Shown one piece after another: positions 29,573-41,959 of a stretch of DNA of 64,000 nucleotides. The translations under genes were made by a program, and so were the position numbers. How positions within the stretch are numbered: position 1 is the first letter of the stretch; each line of letters begins with the position of its first letter. The stretch covers positions 1,392 to 65,391 of the forward strand of contig CAIZOZ010000062.1 of the NCBI GenBank assembly GCA_903934745.1, in the 5' to 3' direction. The notes under the pieces are model-generated. The model made no database searches and was not told the DNA's origin. It saw only the letters and a list, made by a program, of their open reading frames with translations. Origin of the DNA: an uncultured cyanobacterium (GTDB lineage Bacteria; Cyanobacteriota; Cyanobacteriia; PCC-6307; Cyanobiaceae).

Positions 29573-29759
29573 TGCGCCTGATGGGCACCGGCTGACCGGC
29601 TTGGAAGACCACCACATCCGTGCTGTACGGCGGATGGCGTGGGCTGGAGTGAACCTACCGCGCCGCCGTTCCGGTTCCAGCAGCAGGGCGTGCGCCAGGC
29701 TGAAGGACTGAAGCGAGGGGATGGCAGGAGAACAGCGCCAGCCTGAAATCGGACCGATC

Positions 29760-30725
29760 TCAAGGAGGTGTCGAGGACACCGGGGGGATTTCCAGGGATC
29801 CGGGCTCGGCCAGTGCTGCGTTCGCTGCCGCGCTCGCAGGCGCACTGATGGGCACCGGTGCTGGAGGTGGATCGGACGACTTCAGCTGAAACCGCGGTTG
29901 GCAATCATACCAGGCGGCTTCAGGGAACACGGGGTCCGGGTAGCCCACCCGCAGCAGGCAGAGACCCTGGGGAGGGGCTGCCTCCCGCACTTCTGAGCGC
30001 GCTTGGGTGCGCCAGCGATGTTCGAAGGCCGCCACGCTGAGGCTCCCCTCACCCACGGCCACCAGCTGGCCCATCACCAGTCGCACCATGCCGTAGAGAA
30101 AGCCGCTGGCCTGGAGTTCCACGGTGATCAGATCCTTCTGGCGCTCCAGGCTCACCTCCTGCATGGTGGTGCGGGCATGGGCGCGGCGACTACCGGCTCG
30201 CTGGAAGGCGGCGAAATCGTGCTCTCCCACGAGGGTCTGAAGGGCGGCGTCCATGGCCTGTTCGTCGAGGCGGAGCCGATAGCGATGCCAGCTCCAGGCG
30301 CTGAGAAACAGGTTGGGGCTACGGCCGTTGTGGATCGTGTAGCGGTAGCGCCGGTAGCGAGCCGAGAAGCAGGCGTGCCACTGGTCGCCTACGTCGCTGG
30401 CCGCCCGCACCCGGATCGTGGCCGGCAAGCGGCCATTGAGCGCTTTGGCCCAGCGTTCGGCTGGAATCGGTCCGGCGGCATCAAAGTGCACCACCTGAGC
30501 AGCGGCATGGACGCCACTGTCGGTGCGCCCAGCGGCCACGCTGCGAATCGGACGGTGCGGATCGAGGGCCCCGATCGCGGCCTCCAGCACCTCCTGCACA
30601 CTGAGCTGATGGGGTTGGCGCTGCCAGCCATGATAGCCAGAACCCTCGTACTGGAGGCAGAGCGCGATCCGGCGGGTCGCGGCTCTCTCCAGAGACGAGG
30701 GTTCGGCGAGGGAGCCGGAGAACAA
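29760..30725 (-). CDS. truA: tRNA pseudouridine(38-40) synthase
   Basis: [13 protein letters not shown] and the catalytic [10 protein letters not shown] motif. It has a Pro-rich C-terminal tail. Confidence 0.9.
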   Translation of the reverse strand: MFSGSLAEPSSLERAATRRIALCLQYEGSGYHGWQRQPHQLSVQEVLEAAIGALDPHRPIRSVAAGRTDSGVHAAAQVVHFDAAGPIPAERWAKALNGRLPATIRVRAASDVGDQWHACFSARYRRYRYTIHNGRSPNLFLSAWSWHRYRLRLDEQAMDAALQTLVGEHDFAAFQRAGSRRAHARTTMQEVSLERQKDLITVELQASGFLYGMVRLVMGQLVAVGEGSLSVAAFEHRWRTQARSEVREAAPPQGLCLLRVGYPDPVFPEAAWYDCQPRFQLKSSDPPPAPVPISAPASAAANAALAEPGSLEIPPVSSTPP

Positions 30726-30742
30726 GTTGGCAGTCGTTGGGT

Positions 30743-31093
30743 TCAGACGAGCTCGATGATGGCCATCTCGGCGTTGTCACCGCGGCGGCGGATGGTGCGG
30801 ATGATGCGGGTGTAGCCGCCGTTGCGCTCGCCGTAGCGGTCTTGGGCCTTGTCGAACAGGGCGTGGACCAGTTGCTTGTCGTAGATGTAGCCCATAGCGC
30901 GGCGGCGAGCGGGGAGGCTGCCGTCCTTGGCCAGCGTGATCATGCGTTCGGTCTCATCACGCAGCGCTTTGGCACGGGCCTTGGTGGTGGTGACGCGACC
31001 TTCGCGGATCAGCTGGGTGGTGAGGCCACGCAGCAGAGCTTTGCGTTGGTCGGCGGGGCGTCCCAGCAGGGGGACTCGGCACTGGTGTCGCAT
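30743..31093 (-). CDS. rplQ: 50S ribosomal protein L17
   Basis: 116 aa, full-length L17, downstream of rpoA. Confidence 0.96.
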   Translation of the reverse strand: MRHQCRVPLLGRPADQRKALLRGLTTQLIREGRVTTTKARAKALRDETERMITLAKDGSLPARRRAMGYIYDKQLVHALFDKAQDRYGERNGGYTRIIRTIRRRGDNAEMAIIELV

Positions 31094-31154
31094 GGGTCAG
31101 GTCTCGGGCTGTCGCGAAAGGGGCTTTCGGGGAAGGGTGGACGCAGGGGAGCGC

Positions 31155-32093
31155 TCAGGCGCTCGTGCGGCTCTGGGGCAGGGAGATGCCGATGCGCTCA
31201 AGGGCTTCGATCACCTCATCGGCCGACTTGGAACCGAAGTTCTTGATTTCCAGCAGATCCTCATAGCTGAAGCCCATCAGGTCGGAGACGGAATTGACCT
31301 GAGCGCGCTTGAGACAGTTGTAGGCCCGAACCGAGAGGTTCAGTTCTTCCAGAGGGATCTGGGCTTCGGCCGAGGGTTCGGGCTCAAGGCCCGGCTCCTC
31401 GTTCATGGTGAGGCTGGCCAGCGGTTGGAACAGGCCGATCAGCTGGTTGGCCGCCTGAGCCATGGCGTCATCAGGGGTGATGCTGCCATTGGTTTCGATT
31501 TCGAGCCGCAGGCGTTCGCGGGCCGAGCCCCCTTCACCGACAGCGGTTTCGTCGACGGTGTAGTTGACGCGCTTGACCGGCATGAACACCGCATCGATCT
31601 GCAGCAGATCGATGGCACTGGTGTCCTCGTTGTGGCGGTCAACGGGGCGGTAGCCGATGCCCCGCTCAACGTGCACCTCCATCTCCAGGTTGTGGCCGTC
31701 GGCCACCACGGCAATCAGCCGGGCACCGTCGATCACCTGCACCTGGGAGGAGAACTGCAGATCAGAGGCCGTGACCGTGGCCGGGCCATTGACCACCAGC
31801 CGACCGATCTCCAGTTCGCGACTGCGACTGTTGACGGGTACGGATTTGCAGTTGAGCAGGATGTCCAGCACGTCTTCTTTGACGCCCGGCACCGTGGCGT
31901 ATTCGTGATTGACATTGGCGATGCGCACGGCGGTGATCGCGCTGCCTTCAAGGCCCCCGATCAGAACCCGCCGCAGGGCGTTGCCCAGGGTGGTGGCCTG
32001 ACCACGGTCGAGCGGACCGATCACGAAGACGCCCGTCTGGGAGCGGTCGTCGGCAACTTGGTGCTCGACCCGATCGATCTGGTACTGCAACAC
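31155..32093 (-). CDS. rpoA: DNA-directed RNA polymerase subunit alpha
   Basis: 312 aa containing GNALRRVLI, with the C-terminal domain motif [14 protein letters not shown]. Confidence 0.97.
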   Translation of the reverse strand: MLQYQIDRVEHQVADDRSQTGVFVIGPLDRGQATTLGNALRRVLIGGLEGSAITAVRIANVNHEYATVPGVKEDVLDILLNCKSVPVNSRSRELEIGRLVVNGPATVTASDLQFSSQVQVIDGARLIAVVADGHNLEMEVHVERGIGYRPVDRHNEDTSAIDLLQIDAVFMPVKRVNYTVDETAVGEGGSARERLRLEIETNGSITPDDAMAQAANQLIGLFQPLASLTMNEEPGLEPEPSAEAQIPLEELNLSVRAYNCLKRAQVNSVSDLMGFSYEDLLEIKNFGSKSADEVIEALERIGISLPQSRTSA

Positions 32094-32152
32094 GGTCTGA
32101 GAAGGCGGAGAGGTGGACGGAGCCGGAAGGCGGTGACGCTGGGCTGGCGGGA

Positions 32153-32545
32153 TCAGACCCGCCGACGCTTGGCACGCCGGCAGCCGTTGTGGGGCAAGGG
32201 CGTGACGTCGCGGATCAGGGTGATCTCGAGACCAGCCACCTGCAGAGCTCGGATGGCGGTTTCGCGACCGGAGCCAGGACCCCGAACCAGCACTTCGATC
32301 TGGCGCATGCCTTGCTCGAGGGCACGGCGGGCGGCGGCTTCGGCGGCGGTCTGGGCGGCGAACGGAGTGCCCTTGCGGGCTCCCTTGAAGCCACTGGCCC
32401 CAGCCGACGACCAGCTGATCACTTCACCGGCGGTGTCGGTGATCGAGACGATCGTGTTGTTGAAGGTGCTCTGGATATGCGCCACACCATTGGGCACATT
32501 GCGCTTGGCCTTCTTGGGGCCGGTTTTCTTGGCGGGCTTGGCCAT
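32153..32545 (-). CDS. rpsK: 30S ribosomal protein S11
   Basis: 130 aa containing [18 protein letters not shown]. Confidence 0.96.
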   Translation of the reverse strand: MAKPAKKTGPKKAKRNVPNGVAHIQSTFNNTIVSITDTAGEVISWSSAGASGFKGARKGTPFAAQTAAEAAARRALEQGMRQIEVLVRGPGSGRETAIRALQVAGLEITLIRDVTPLPHNGCRRAKRRRV

Positions 32546-32753
32546 GGAGGAAGCCCTGCAAACGCAGGGAGGTGATCGTGGAACTTGGGAACCCCGGTGA
32601 CGACACCCTCAGAAGGGGCAGCGGCGGGGTCGGTGCCCAGCGCCGAGGCTGGGGCTTGCAGGCGGTGGACATTTTGCTCGAGCCGGATCAGGCGAAAAGC
32701 CGTGACCTGAACCCGAGTAACCAGCTGGTTGAGCTGGGCAGAAGCGAAGCGTG

Positions 32754-33119
32754 TTACTTCTTCTTGCCGGCCACGGTTTTACGTGCACCACGGCGGGTGC
32801 GGGCGTTGGTGCGAGTGCGTTGGCCGCGCACGGGCAGTCCCATGCGATGGCGACGACCGCGCACGCAACCGATGTCCTGGAGACGCTTGAGGGCCATGCC
32901 CTCTTCACGGCGCAGGTCGCCTTCGAGAGTGAAGGATTCGGCGGCTCCGCGCAGTTTCTGCACGTCGGCGTCGCTCAGGTCCTTGACGCGGATGTCGGGA
33001 TTGACACCGCTCTTGGTCAGGATCTTGCGGGCACGGGTGAGACCGATGCCATAGACGTAGGTGAGAGAGATCTCGACCCTCTTGTCACGAGGGATGTCGA
33101 CACCGGCGATCCGAGCCAC
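32754..33119 (-). CDS. rpsM: 30S ribosomal protein S13
   Basis: GTG start at 33119 gives (M)[25 protein letters not shown]. The track ORF extends upstream. Confidence 0.93.
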   Translation of the reverse strand: MARIAGVDIPRDKRVEISLTYVYGIGLTRARKILTKSGVNPDIRVKDLSDADVQKLRGAAESFTLEGDLRREEGMALKRLQDIGCVRGRRHRMGLPVRGQRTRTNARTRRGARKTVAGKKK

Positions 33120-33290
33120 GTTGGAGAAATGATCAGGGGGGCAGGGGTTCCGCCCTGGGGCGGAGTAAACCGCCTGGAAGGGCGGCAAACCAAGCGCCAG
33201 AAGGCGGATGGGGGAGATGATCAGCGCACGGGGTCGTGATCATCGGTGGAAGTGGTCTGGCCGAAGGGTCCGACCAGCAGGCCCAGGGAA

Positions 33291-33404
33291 TCAGCCCTGG
33301 CGCTGCTTGTGCTTGGGATTGGTGCAGATCACCATCACCCGGCCGTGGCGACGGATCACCCGGCACTTGTCGCACATTTTCTTGACTGAGGCACGCACCT
33401 TCAT
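33291..33404 (-). CDS. rpmJ: 50S ribosomal protein L36
   Basis: [37 protein letters not shown], 37 aa, inside the 63-aa track ORF. Confidence 0.95.
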   Translation of the reverse strand: MKVRASVKKMCDKCRVIRRHGRVMVICTNPKHKQRQG

Positions 33405-33478
33405 GGGAGTTGTGCTCTCCGATTTGCAAACGAGCACCCTATCACACGGGTCAACCCTGTCCCCATGCTCGCGGCGTC

Positions 33479-34030
33479 TCAATCCGCCAGCAGGGCGCTG
33501 ATGCGCTCGCCGATGGCCTCGACGCTGCCGGCCGCTTCGACGGCTTCCAGCAGGCCGAGCTGGCGATAGTGCTCGATCAGCGGCTTGGTCTGCTGGCGGT
33601 AAACCTCCAGGCGATGGCGGATCACCTGTTCGTTGTCATCGGCCCGACCGCGACCCAGCAGGCGCTGGATCAGCAGCCCGTCGTCGAGTTCCATCAGCAC
33701 CACCCGTTCGATCCGTTGGTCGAGTTCGGCGAGCAGCCGATCGAGGGCTTCGGCCTGGACAAGATTGCGCGGAAAGCCATCCAGCAACCAGCCCTGCCCG
33801 TGCTGCTCGAGGCGACTACGCACGATGGCGAGCACGAGGTCATCGCTGACCAGTTCGCCGCGGGCGATCACCGCCTCGACCTGGCGGCCGAGGTCACTGC
33901 CGGCTTGCACCTCGGCCCGCAGCAAATCGCCGGTGGAGAGATGCAGCAGGCCCTGGCTGGCGGCCAGGCGCTGGGCCTGGGTGCCTTTGCCGGCGCCGGG
34001 CGGACCAAGGAAGAGGAGGCGTTGCTTCAT
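33479..34030 (-). CDS. adk: adenylate kinase (short type)
   Basis: [12 protein letters not shown]-loop; 183 aa. No infA lies between adk and rpmJ. Confidence 0.95.
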   Translation of the reverse strand: MKQRLLFLGPPGAGKGTQAQRLAASQGLLHLSTGDLLRAEVQAGSDLGRQVEAVIARGELVSDDLVLAIVRSRLEQHGQGWLLDGFPRNLVQAEALDRLLAELDQRIERVVLMELDDGLLIQRLLGRGRADDNEQVIRHRLEVYRQQTKPLIEHYRQLGLLEAVEAAGSVEAIGERISALLAD

Positions 34031-34111
34031 GGCTGGAAATGGACAGGACGTCAGGAACAGTTGACGGCGCGGTCGTGCGCAGGATCGGGGAAGGCTTGCG
34101 TCAAGCGCGGG

Positions 34112-35431
34112 TCACTGCCGCACCATGCCCTCGTAGCGCTGCGAGATCACGTAGGTCTGCACCTGTTTGGCGGTGTCGATCGCCACCCCCACCAGGATCA
34201 ACAACGAGGTGGCCCCGATGCCCTGGAAGGTGCGCACCTGGGTGGAGCCCTCCACAGCCGAGGGGATGATCGCCACGAAGCCGAGGAAGAGGCCCCCCAG
34301 CAGGGTGAGACGGTTCTGAACGCCGCCAAGATAGTTGGCCGTGGCCGATCCCGGGCGCACCCCTGGGATCGCCACACCGCTGCGTTTGAGGTTGGTGGCG
34401 ATGTCGACCGGATTGACGGTGAGCGAGGCGTAGAAGAAGCCGAAACCCAGGATCAGGGCAAAGAAGACCAGTGGATAAAGCCAGGGCGTGCTGCTGTTCG
34501 GGCTCAGGTAACCGGCGGCTTTGACCAACCAGGCGTTGCGGGTGAGGTTGGCAATGGTGAGTGGCAGGAACACCACTGCTGAGGCGAAAATGATCGGCAT
34601 CACGCCACCGGCATTGAGCTTCAGGGGCAGATAGCTCTGGCGGGAGGAGAGCATGCCGGAGCCGCCCACCTGGCGTTTGGCACTCACGATCGGAATGCGT
34701 CGGTTGCCTTCCTGCACAAAGATGATGCCGACGATCGTGACCAGGAACACCAGCAACAGCACGACGATGCCGCCGACGGTGCTGCGATCGCCGGTCTGGG
34801 CCAGCTGGATGGTGGATCCCAGCGCATCAGGCAGGGTGGCGACGATGTTGATGAAGATCACCAGCGACGCCCCCTGGCCGATTCCGCGCTCGGTGATCAC
34901 TTCACTGATCCACATCACCACCATCGATCCGGTGACCAGGGCCAGGCTGGTCTGCATGACGAACAGCCAGTCGGGCAATCCGGGCAGGGCGTACTGGCGC
35001 AGGATGAGGGCGAAGACCGTGCTTTGCAGGATTCCCCAGCCCAGGGCCACATAGCGGGTGATCTGGGCAATTTTGCGGCGACCCGCCTCCCCCTCGTTCT
35101 TCTGCAGATCCTCGAGCTGGGGCAGGGCTGCGGTGAGCAGCTGCAGGATGATCGAGGCGTTGATGAAGGGCAGAATGCCCAGCGCGAACACGCCCAGGGT
35201 GGAGAGGCCACCGCCGGTGAAGATGTTGAGGAAACCGATCAGCTGACCGCCGCGGGAAAGGAATTCCTGGAAGGCGACGCGATCGATGCCTGGCACGGGG
35301 ATGTAGATCCCCAGCCGCACCAGCATCAACAGGCCGAGGGTGGTGAGAACCCTGTCGCGGAGGGTCTTCGCCTGGAACAGCTGGCTGATGATTTCAGCGG
35401 CGCTGGGGTTGCGCCCCCTGCTGACGACCAT
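34112..35431 (-). CDS. secY: preprotein translocase subunit SecY
   Basis: 439 aa, 10-TM pattern, FALGIxPxINASIILQLL motif. Confidence 0.96.
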   Translation of the reverse strand: MVVSRGRNPSAAEIISQLFQAKTLRDRVLTTLGLLMLVRLGIYIPVPGIDRVAFQEFLSRGGQLIGFLNIFTGGGLSTLGVFALGILPFINASIILQLLTAALPQLEDLQKNEGEAGRRKIAQITRYVALGWGILQSTVFALILRQYALPGLPDWLFVMQTSLALVTGSMVVMWISEVITERGIGQGASLVIFINIVATLPDALGSTIQLAQTGDRSTVGGIVVLLLVFLVTIVGIIFVQEGNRRIPIVSAKRQVGGSGMLSSRQSYLPLKLNAGGVMPIIFASAVVFLPLTIANLTRNAWLVKAAGYLSPNSSTPWLYPLVFFALILGFGFFYASLTVNPVDIATNLKRSGVAIPGVRPGSATANYLGGVQNRLTLLGGLFLGFVAIIPSAVEGSTQVRTFQGIGATSLLILVGVAIDTAKQVQTYVISQRYEGMVRQ

Positions 35432-35571
35432 GACGGATGCTGAGGGGAGATTGGGACGGAAGAGAAACGGGCGCGCTGCTGGGGAGCCGACCGACGCAAA
35501 GAGCCGCCTGCCGGCCGGATGGCGTGGCAGACGGCTCTGAACCTAGGAGCAGGCGGAGGAGGACACCGGAC

Positions 35572-36027
35572 TCAGCCGGTGATCTCACAGGTGCCACCGG
35601 CGGCTTCGATTTTTTCGCGGGCGCTGGTGGTGAAGGCTGCCGCCTGCACGGTGAGGGTCACCGCGAGCTCACCGTTGCCAAGCACCTTGAGCGGGTGTTT
35701 GGGGCTGGTGACCAGGCCTTGCTTGACCAGTGAATCCATGCTGACGGTGCTGCCCGCCTTGAGATCGGCGAGCTTGCTCACGTTGATGATCGTGTACTCC
35801 TTGGGGTTGACCAAGGGGAAATGCTTCAGCTTGGGCACACGCCGATAGAGAGGCATCTGGCCACCCTCAAAGCCGGGGCGGGTGGGCCGGCCTGAGCGTG
35901 ACTTCTGGCCACGCATGCCGAAACCGCAGCTGGCGCCCTGGCCAGCGGCGATACCGCGACCCTTGCGGGTTTTGCGGCGGCGTGATCCGGGCTGGGGCTG
36001 GAGATTGTCGAGAGAGTAGGTGGTCAT
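35572..36027 (-). CDS. rplO: 50S ribosomal protein L15
   Basis: 151 aa containing [26 protein letters not shown]. Confidence 0.95.
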   Translation of the reverse strand: MTTYSLDNLQPQPGSRRRKTRKGRGIAAGQGASCGFGMRGQKSRSGRPTRPGFEGGQMPLYRRVPKLKHFPLVNPKEYTIINVSKLADLKAGSTVSMDSLVKQGLVTSPKHPLKVLGNGELAVTLTVQAAAFTTSAREKIEAAGGTCEITG

Positions 36028-36035
36028 CGGGGATC

Positions 36036-36704
36036 TCAGGAGTAGAGCTGCTCAAGGGAGATGCCCCGCTCCTTGGCGGTCTCCTTGTGGGTGCGAAGGC
36101 CCGCCAGGGCGACCATGGCGGCGCGGGCATTGTTGAGCGGGGTCTTGGAACCCAGCCGCTTGGCCAGCACGTTCTTGATGCCGGCCAGCTCAAGCACCGT
36201 GCGGATCGAACCGCCCGCAATCACCCCGGTACCGGGAGCGGCCGGCCGGATCAACACGCTGGCGGCGCCATCGCGGCCGTTGCTGAGGGTGGGGATCGAG
36301 CTGGTGCGGGTGAGGGGAACCTTGACCAGATGCTTCTTGCCATCGGCCACACCCTTGCGGACGGCCCCGATGACATCACCGGCCTTGCCGACACCGACGC
36401 CGACCTGGCCGCGTTCGTTGCCGACGACGACGATGGCGCGGAAGCTCATCTTCTTGCCGCCTTTGACGGTCTTGGAGACGCGGCGGATCTGGACGACTCG
36501 CTCCTGCCATTCGGAGTCGCGCTCCTGGCCGCGCCGGTTGTCCCGGCCTCGGCCGCCGCCACCGCGGCGATCGCGATCTCCACCTCCTTTGCCGCCGCCG
36601 CCGCCACCACCACGACGTTCCTGCTGCTGGCCTTCAGCCGCTGCGGGAACGTCGGACGCTGCCGGGATGTCGTTGGTCTGGATCTGGTCGTTGGTTTCGG
36701 TCAT
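36036..36704 (-). CDS. rpsE: 30S ribosomal protein S5 with N-terminal Arg/Gly-rich extension
   Basis: Start at ATG 36704 (MTETNDQ). The S5 core has [21 protein letters not shown]. The ~55-aa RGG-rich N-terminus is read directly. Confidence 0.93.
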   Translation of the reverse strand: MTETNDQIQTNDIPAASDVPAAAEGQQQERRGGGGGGGKGGGDRDRRGGGGRGRDNRRGQERDSEWQERVVQIRRVSKTVKGGKKMSFRAIVVVGNERGQVGVGVGKAGDVIGAVRKGVADGKKHLVKVPLTRTSSIPTLSNGRDGAASVLIRPAAPGTGVIAGGSIRTVLELAGIKNVLAKRLGSKTPLNNARAAMVALAGLRTHKETAKERGISLEQLYS

Positions 36705-36717
36705 GGTGAGAGCAGGA

Positions 36718-37083
36718 TCAGAATTGAAGGCCCGCTTCCCGGGCGGCATCGGCAAGGGCTTTGACCCGGCCGTGATACAGGTTGCCGCCGCGATCGAAGA
36801 CCACCTGCTGGATGCCCTTGGCGAGAGCACGCTGGGCGACCAGTTGGCCCACGGCGATCGAAGCATCGCAGGTGGCACCGGCCGTGAGGCTGGTGCGCAG
36901 GTCCTTGTCGAGCGTTGAGGCCGCACAGAGCGTGCTCTGGGCGTCGTCGTCGATGACCTGGGCGTAAATGTGATTGTTAGAGCGGAACACCGCCAGCCTG
37001 GGCCGGACGGCAGTGCCGGAGAGCAGACGACGCAGGCGGCGGTGGCGCTTCTGGGTCTGCTGTTTGCGGGAGATGGAAGACAT
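36718..37083 (-). CDS. rplR: 50S ribosomal protein L18
   Basis: 121 aa containing [20 protein letters not shown]. Confidence 0.96.
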   Translation of the reverse strand: MSSISRKQQTQKRHRRLRRLLSGTAVRPRLAVFRSNNHIYAQVIDDDAQSTLCAASTLDKDLRTSLTAGATCDASIAVGQLVAQRALAKGIQQVVFDRGGNLYHGRVKALADAAREAGLQF

Positions 37084-37115
37084 GGGGAACAGGCTAACGG
37101 TGCTCGTGCAGACCT

Positions 37116-37655
37116 CTATTTCTTGCCGGTCTTGCCGGCCTTGCGCAGGATCCGCTCACCCTCGTACTTGATGCCTTTGCCCTTGTAGGGCTCAGGCGGA
37201 CGAATGGCGCGCACCTTGGCGGCTTCGTTGCCGACCAGCTCCTTGTTGGCCCCTGAGACCAACACGTTGGTGTTGTTCTCAACGGCGAAGGTGACGCCGT
37301 CGGGCGGCACCATCTCAACCGGGTGGCTGTAGCCGGCCAAGACGACCAGCTTCGTGCCTTGAACCGAAGCGCGGTAACCCACGCCCACGATCTCAAGCTT
37401 GCGCGTGAAGCCCTGGCTCACGCCCTCCACCATGTTGGCAACGAGGGTGCGGCTGAGGCCGTGGCGCTCGCGGGAGCGGCGGTTGCTGCTGGACGGAGCG
37501 ACCACCAGGGTGTCGCCGTCCTGGCTGATGGTGACTCCATCGGGCAGGGTGCGGCGGAGTTCACCCTTGGGGCCTTTGACGGTGACGTCGAGGCCGTTGA
37601 GGCTGACGCTCACCTTCTCAGGAATTGGAATCGGAGCTTTACCGATACGTGACAT
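37116..37655 (-). CDS. rplF: 50S ribosomal protein L6
   Basis: 179 aa starting [17 protein letters not shown]. Confidence 0.96.
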   Translation of the reverse strand: MSRIGKAPIPIPEKVSVSLNGLDVTVKGPKGELRRTLPDGVTISQDGDTLVVAPSSSNRRSRERHGLSRTLVANMVEGVSQGFTRKLEIVGVGYRASVQGTKLVVLAGYSHPVEMVPPDGVTFAVENNTNVLVSGANKELVGNEAAKVRAIRPPEPYKGKGIKYEGERILRKAGKTGKK

Positions 37656-37673
37656 GGCTGTTTCCTCCCGGGA

Positions 37674-38075
37674 TCAGTAGACGTAGCAGAGCACTTCGCC
37701 GCCGACGCCCTGTTTGCGGGCATCACGGTCGCTCATCACACCCCTGGAGGTGGAGATGATCGCCACTCCGAGGCCGCCGAGCACTTTGGGCAGCTGGCGG
37801 GTGTTCTTGTAGATACGCAGGCCTGGCTTGCTCACCCGCTGCACGCGGCGGATGGTGGGCTGGCGATGCTTGCCGCTGTACTTGAGCTCCAGCACCAGTT
37901 GCTTCAGGACGCCTTCTCCGTCTTCGGAAATGGCGGCGATGAAGCCTTCTTGCTGCAGCACATTGGCGATGCTCCGGGACATGCGGGACGCAGGAATCCT
38001 GGTGCTCTCGTGACGCTTCTCACTCGCATTGCGGATGCGGGTGAGCATGTCGGAAATCGGGTCGTGGTTGGCCAT
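37674..38075 (-). CDS. rpsH: 30S ribosomal protein S8
   Basis: Start at ATG 38075 ([17 protein letters not shown]). The track ORF extends upstream. Confidence 0.95.
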   Translation of the reverse strand: MANHDPISDMLTRIRNASEKRHESTRIPASRMSRSIANVLQQEGFIAAISEDGEGVLKQLVLELKYSGKHRQPTIRRVQRVSKPGLRIYKNTRQLPKVLGGLGVAIISTSRGVMSDRDARKQGVGGEVLCYVY

Positions 38076-38094
38076 GGTCGGGTCCGGAAGAGCC

Positions 38095-38634
38095 TCAGTT
38101 ACTGCGGAACGGCATCCCCATCTCGCGGAGGAGGGCCCGGCCCTCTTCATCGCTGCGGGCGCTGGTCACGATCGTGACGTCCATTCCTCGGATGGCGTCG
38201 ATCTTGTCGAAAGAGATCTCGGGGAAGATGATCTGCTCACGGATGCCCAGGGTGTAATTACCCCGGCCGTCAAAACTCCTGGGGCTCACACCGCGGAAGT
38301 CGCGGATGCGGGGCAGGGCCAGGTTGATCAGACGCTCCAGGAAGGCGTACATCCGCTCACCCCGGAGGGTGACGGTGACACCGATGGGCATGCCCTGGCG
38401 GATTTTGAAGGCAGCAATGGCCTTTTTCGCCCGGGTCACCACCACTTTCTGACCAGTGATGGTAGCCAGTTCGGTGATGGAAGCTTCAAGTGCCTTGGCA
38501 TTCTGGGCGGCTTCACCAAGTCCCCGGTTGACGGTGACCTTGAGCACCTTGGGAACCTCGTGGACATTGGAGAGACTCAGATCCTTCAGCAACTTGGGCT
38601 GGATCGTCTCCCAGTAGCGCTGTTTCAGTGACAT
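38095..38634 (-). CDS. rplE: 50S ribosomal protein L5
   Basis: 179 aa, full-length L5. Confidence 0.96.
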   Translation of the reverse strand: MSLKQRYWETIQPKLLKDLSLSNVHEVPKVLKVTVNRGLGEAAQNAKALEASITELATITGQKVVVTRAKKAIAAFKIRQGMPIGVTVTLRGERMYAFLERLINLALPRIRDFRGVSPRSFDGRGNYTLGIREQIIFPEISFDKIDAIRGMDVTIVTSARSDEEGRALLREMGMPFRSN

Positions 38635-38771
38635 GACGGAGGGAAGGAGTGCGCTTCTGGACGTGGTCAGAAGGCGGACGGGTGGGGGGAAATAGAGGAG
38701 GAAGCTATAGGGGTGAGCTGCTGTGCCTTTGCCGGTTTGGCGTTAGCAACAGCGGCCAGTGGCGGTGGCGA

Positions 38772-39128
38772 TCAATCGATCACCTCACCGGTTTTCTTGA
38801 GGCGACGTTTCTTGGTGCCGTCCTTGTCCACCACAATCGCGACGCGGCTGGCGACGTTCTTTGTGGTGGAGTACAGCATCACGTTGGAGGCATGCAGGGA
38901 GGTTTCCTCCGTGACAATGCGGCCGCTCTCGCCTTCTTGAGTGGGCTTGAGGTGACGGGTGCGCAGGTTGATGCCCTGCACGATCAGGCGGTTCTCGTAG
39001 GGAAGGGTGCGCAGGACCTCACCGGTCTTGCCCTTGTCCTTGCCGGTGATCACCTGCACGGTGTCGCCCTTCTTGATGCGCATCTTGATGCGCACCGGGG
39101 TCTTCGCCTTGGGAGTTGCGGTGGCCAT
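38772..39128 (-). CDS. rplX: 50S ribosomal protein L24
   Basis: KOW motif ([22 protein letters not shown]). Confidence 0.95.
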   Translation of the reverse strand: MATATPKAKTPVRIKMRIKKGDTVQVITGKDKGKTGEVLRTLPYENRLIVQGINLRTRHLKPTQEGESGRIVTEETSLHASNVMLYSTTKNVASRVAIVVDKDGTKKRRLKKTGEVID

Positions 39129-39131
39129 GGT

Positions 39132-39497
39132 TCAGATCACCTCCGGAGCGAGGGACACGATCTTGGTGAAGTTGCGCTCGCGCAGTTCCCGAGCGACGGG
39201 ACCGAAGACCCGGGTGCCCTTGGGGTTGTTGTCGTTGCCCAGGATCACCGCGGCGTTGTCATCGAAGCGGATCGAGTTGCCGGTGTCGCGGCGCAGGGTG
39301 GCCTTGGTGCGAACCACAACGGCCTTGACCACATCCGACTTCTTGACTCCCATGTTGGGCATGGCGTCCTTGACGGCTGCCACGATCACATCGCCCACGT
39401 GGGCGTAGCGACGGTTGGTGCCCAGCACTCGGATGCATTGAATGCGCTTGGCGCCGCTGTTGTCAGCGACATTGAGGAAGGTTTCCTGCTGAATCAT
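39132..39497 (-). CDS. rplN: 50S ribosomal protein L14
   Basis: Starts [17 protein letters not shown]. Confidence 0.97.
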   Translation of the reverse strand: MIQQETFLNVADNSGAKRIQCIRVLGTNRRYAHVGDVIVAAVKDAMPNMGVKKSDVVKAVVVRTKATLRRDTGNSIRFDDNAAVILGNDNNPKGTRVFGPVARELRERNFTKIVSLAPEVI

Positions 39498-39510
39498 CGG
39501 GAGGTCCTCC

Positions 39511-39780
39511 TCAGGTGGCAGCCGACGGGGTGGAGCCCGCGGCCGTGGAAATCACTTCAGCCACCATCCAGCGTTTGGTGCGGCTGAGCGGGCGGGTTTC
39601 GGTGATACGAACCCGGTCACCGACGCGGCAACCATTGGCTTCGTCGTGGGCTTTGTAGCGGGTGGTGCGGCTGACCGTCTTCAGATAGATGGGGTGAGGG
39701 AAGCGGTTTTCAACCGCTACCACCACCGTTTTGTCCATCTTGTCGCTGACGACGATGCCGACCCTTTCCTTGAGTGCCAT
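39511..39780 (-). CDS. rpsQ: 30S ribosomal protein S17
   Basis: Start at ATG 39780 ([21 protein letters not shown]). The 226-aa track ORF is an upstream extension. Confidence 0.94.
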   Translation of the reverse strand: MALKERVGIVVSDKMDKTVVVAVENRFPHPIYLKTVSRTTRYKAHDEANGCRVGDRVRITETRPLSRTKRWMVAEVISTAAGSTPSAAT

Positions 39781-39794
39781 GGGAATCGAGGGGA

Positions 39795-40004
39795 TCAGGA
39801 GGCGGTGGAGCGCTGACGCTCCTTCTGCACCGAGAGAAGGTGGGCCAGCTTGATGCGGGCCTGCTTGAAGCGGTGCGGATGCTCCAGACGGCGGGTGGCC
39901 TGCTGGAAGCGGAGATCGAACAGTTCGCGGCGGGTGGCGTTGATCTGTTCGGTGAGTTCGCCTTCGGTGAGGTTGCGCACCTCGGCGATTTCGGGACGGG
40001 CCAT
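39795..40004 (-). CDS. rpmC: 50S ribosomal protein L29
   Basis: 69 aa containing [15 protein letters not shown]. Confidence 0.95.
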   Translation of the reverse strand: MARPEIAEVRNLTEGELTEQINATRRELFDLRFQQATRRLEHPHRFKQARIKLAHLLSVQKERQRSTAS

Positions 40005-40006
40005 GG

Positions 40007-40510
40007 TCAGGACTCCACAAGGGTGGGCTCAGGCGCGGCCTGGACGGCTGCGGCTGCGGGCGGAACCGTGTCGGTGCCATCCACCTTGCTCGGCTGCTCG
40101 GGCAGGGAGATGAACTTCGTCTTGATCGGCAGTTTGAACTGCGCCAGACGCATGGCCTCCTTGGCGATTTCCGGAGTGATTTCCGGGCCACCCATTTCGA
40201 ACAGAATGCGGCCTGGCTTGATCACGGCGACCCAGAACTCCGGGTTGCCCTTACCAGAACCCATGCGGGTTTCGGCTGCACGCATGGTGACGGGCTTGTC
40301 GGGGAAGATCCGGATCCAGATCTGCCCACCACGTTTGACGTGGCGGGTCATCGCCCGGCGACTGGCCTCGATCTGGCGGGAGGTGATCCAGCCACATTCC
40401 TGGGCCTGAAGAGCGAACTCCCCGAAGGCGATGGTGTTACCGCGAGTAGCGACGCCGCGCATGCGGCCGCGCTGCTGTTTGCGGAATTTGACGCGTCTTG
40501 GACTCAGCAT
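40007..40510 (-). CDS. rplP: 50S ribosomal protein L16 (with ~30-aa Pro/Ala-rich C-terminal tail)
   Basis: Starts [19 protein letters not shown]. Confidence 0.95.
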   Translation of the reverse strand: MLSPRRVKFRKQQRGRMRGVATRGNTIAFGEFALQAQECGWITSRQIEASRRAMTRHVKRGGQIWIRIFPDKPVTMRAAETRMGSGKGNPEFWVAVIKPGRILFEMGGPEITPEIAKEAMRLAQFKLPIKTKFISLPEQPSKVDGTDTVPPAAAAVQAAPEPTLVES

Positions 40511-40524
40511 GGTTCAGGCCTCCC

Positions 40525-41253
40525 TCACTCCTCGTTGGAGCGGTCTTCGAACTGTTGCGGCCGGCGGTTGGCACGGCGCTTGGGTGCTCCACCCACGGGC
40601 AGCTGGTCTTTCTGGCCGGGGAGCACCTCACCTTTGAACACCCAGACCTTGATGCCGAGAACGCCATAGGTGGTGGTAGCAACCTTGGTGGCGTAATCGA
40701 TATCGGCCCGCAGGGTGTGCAGGGGGACGCGACCCTCGCGGGTCCATTCGGTGCGGGCGATTTCGGCACCGTTGAGACGGCCGGCGACCATCAGTTTCAG
40801 ACCGAGCACCCCAGCACGCTGGGCGCGCTGCACCGCCATGCGCATGACGCGGCGGAAGGCGACCCGCTTCTCCAATTGCTGAGCAATGTATTCGGCGAGC
40901 AGAAAGGCGTCGGCGTCGACCCGCTCGACTTCCACCACGTTGATACGGACCTGACGGTTCGCATCACCGATGGTTTTCTGAATGCCGGTGCGCAGGTCCT
41001 CAATGCCGCTGCCCTGGCGGCCAACCAGCACACCGGGACGGGCGGTCTTGAGCTCAACTTCGAGCTGATCGGCCTTACGGGCGATCAGCACATCGCTGAT
41101 ACCGGCGGAGGCGTACTTCTTGTGGATGAACTTGCGGATCCGGTCATCCTCCTGAAGGAGGGCCGGATAGGTTTTGCTCGGTGCGTACCAGCGGGAGCGG
41201 TGTTCCTGGGTGATCCCCAGGCGCAGGCCGGTTGGATGGATCTTGTGTCCCAT
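40525..41253 (-). CDS. rpsC: 30S ribosomal protein S3
   Basis: Start at ATG 41253 ([15 protein letters not shown]). The track ORF extends upstream. Confidence 0.95.
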   Translation of the reverse strand: MGHKIHPTGLRLGITQEHRSRWYAPSKTYPALLQEDDRIRKFIHKKYASAGISDVLIARKADQLEVELKTARPGVLVGRQGSGIEDLRTGIQKTIGDANRQVRINVVEVERVDADAFLLAEYIAQQLEKRVAFRRVMRMAVQRAQRAGVLGLKLMVAGRLNGAEIARTEWTREGRVPLHTLRADIDYATKVATTTYGVLGIKVWVFKGEVLPGQKDQLPVGGAPKRRANRRPQQFEDRSNEE

Positions 41254-41272
41254 CGGTCGGTGTCCTCGGGGT

Positions 41273-41644
41273 TCAGGCGGAAGGGGCCGCCACACCAATG
41301 TTGATGTGGCAGGTCTGTTTTTTGATGGCGTAGGCACGCCCTTGGGCTCGGGGCCGGAAGCGCTTCAGGGAGGGACCCATGTCGGCGCTGGCCTCGATCA
41401 CCACCAGGTTGGACGGGTCAAGGCCGAGGTTGTGTTCGGCATTGGCCACGGCTGACCGCAGCACCTTGGTGATGGGGCCGGTGGAGCGGTAGGGCATGAA
41501 CTCGAGCATGATCAGGGCGTCGCGGTAGCTCTGCCCCCGGATCTGATCGAGCACCCGACGCACCTTGGACACGGAGCCACGGATGTAGCGACCGTGAGCG
41601 AGGGCTTGGGCCGGATTGGTCTTGGCGGGGTTGGTGTTTGCCAT
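41273..41644 (-). CDS. rplV: 50S ribosomal protein L22
   Basis: 123 aa, full-length L22. Confidence 0.95.
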   Translation of the reverse strand: MANTNPAKTNPAQALAHGRYIRGSVSKVRRVLDQIRGQSYRDALIMLEFMPYRSTGPITKVLRSAVANAEHNLGLDPSNLVVIEASADMGPSLKRFRPRAQGRAYAIKKQTCHINIGVAAPSA

Positions 41645-41648
41645 TGGT

Positions 41649-41924
41649 TCAGCGGCCTCCCTTCTTGTCTTTGATGTGGCCCCGGAAGGTGCGGGTGGGG
41701 GCGAATTCCCCCAGTTTGTGGCCCACCATCTGCTCGGTCACGTAGACGGGCACATGAGCCTTGCCGTTGTGAACGGCAATGGTGTGGCCGATCATCATCG
41801 GCAGGATGGTGGAGGCCCGTGACCAGGTCTTGATCACGGTCTTGTCGTCGGCGGCGTTTTGCTTCTCGAGCTTGCGAAGCAGGCTGTCGGCAACAAACGG
41901 GCCTTTTTTGAGTGAGCGTCCCAT
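41649..41924 (-). CDS. rpsS: 30S ribosomal protein S19
   Basis: Starts [18 protein letters not shown]. Confidence 0.97.
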   Translation of the reverse strand: MGRSLKKGPFVADSLLRKLEKQNAADDKTVIKTWSRASTILPMMIGHTIAVHNGKAHVPVYVTEQMVGHKLGEFAPTRTFRGHIKDKKGGR

Positions 41925-41959
41925 GGCGGATCAGGCGTACAGCAGTGCGGTGTGAGTCA

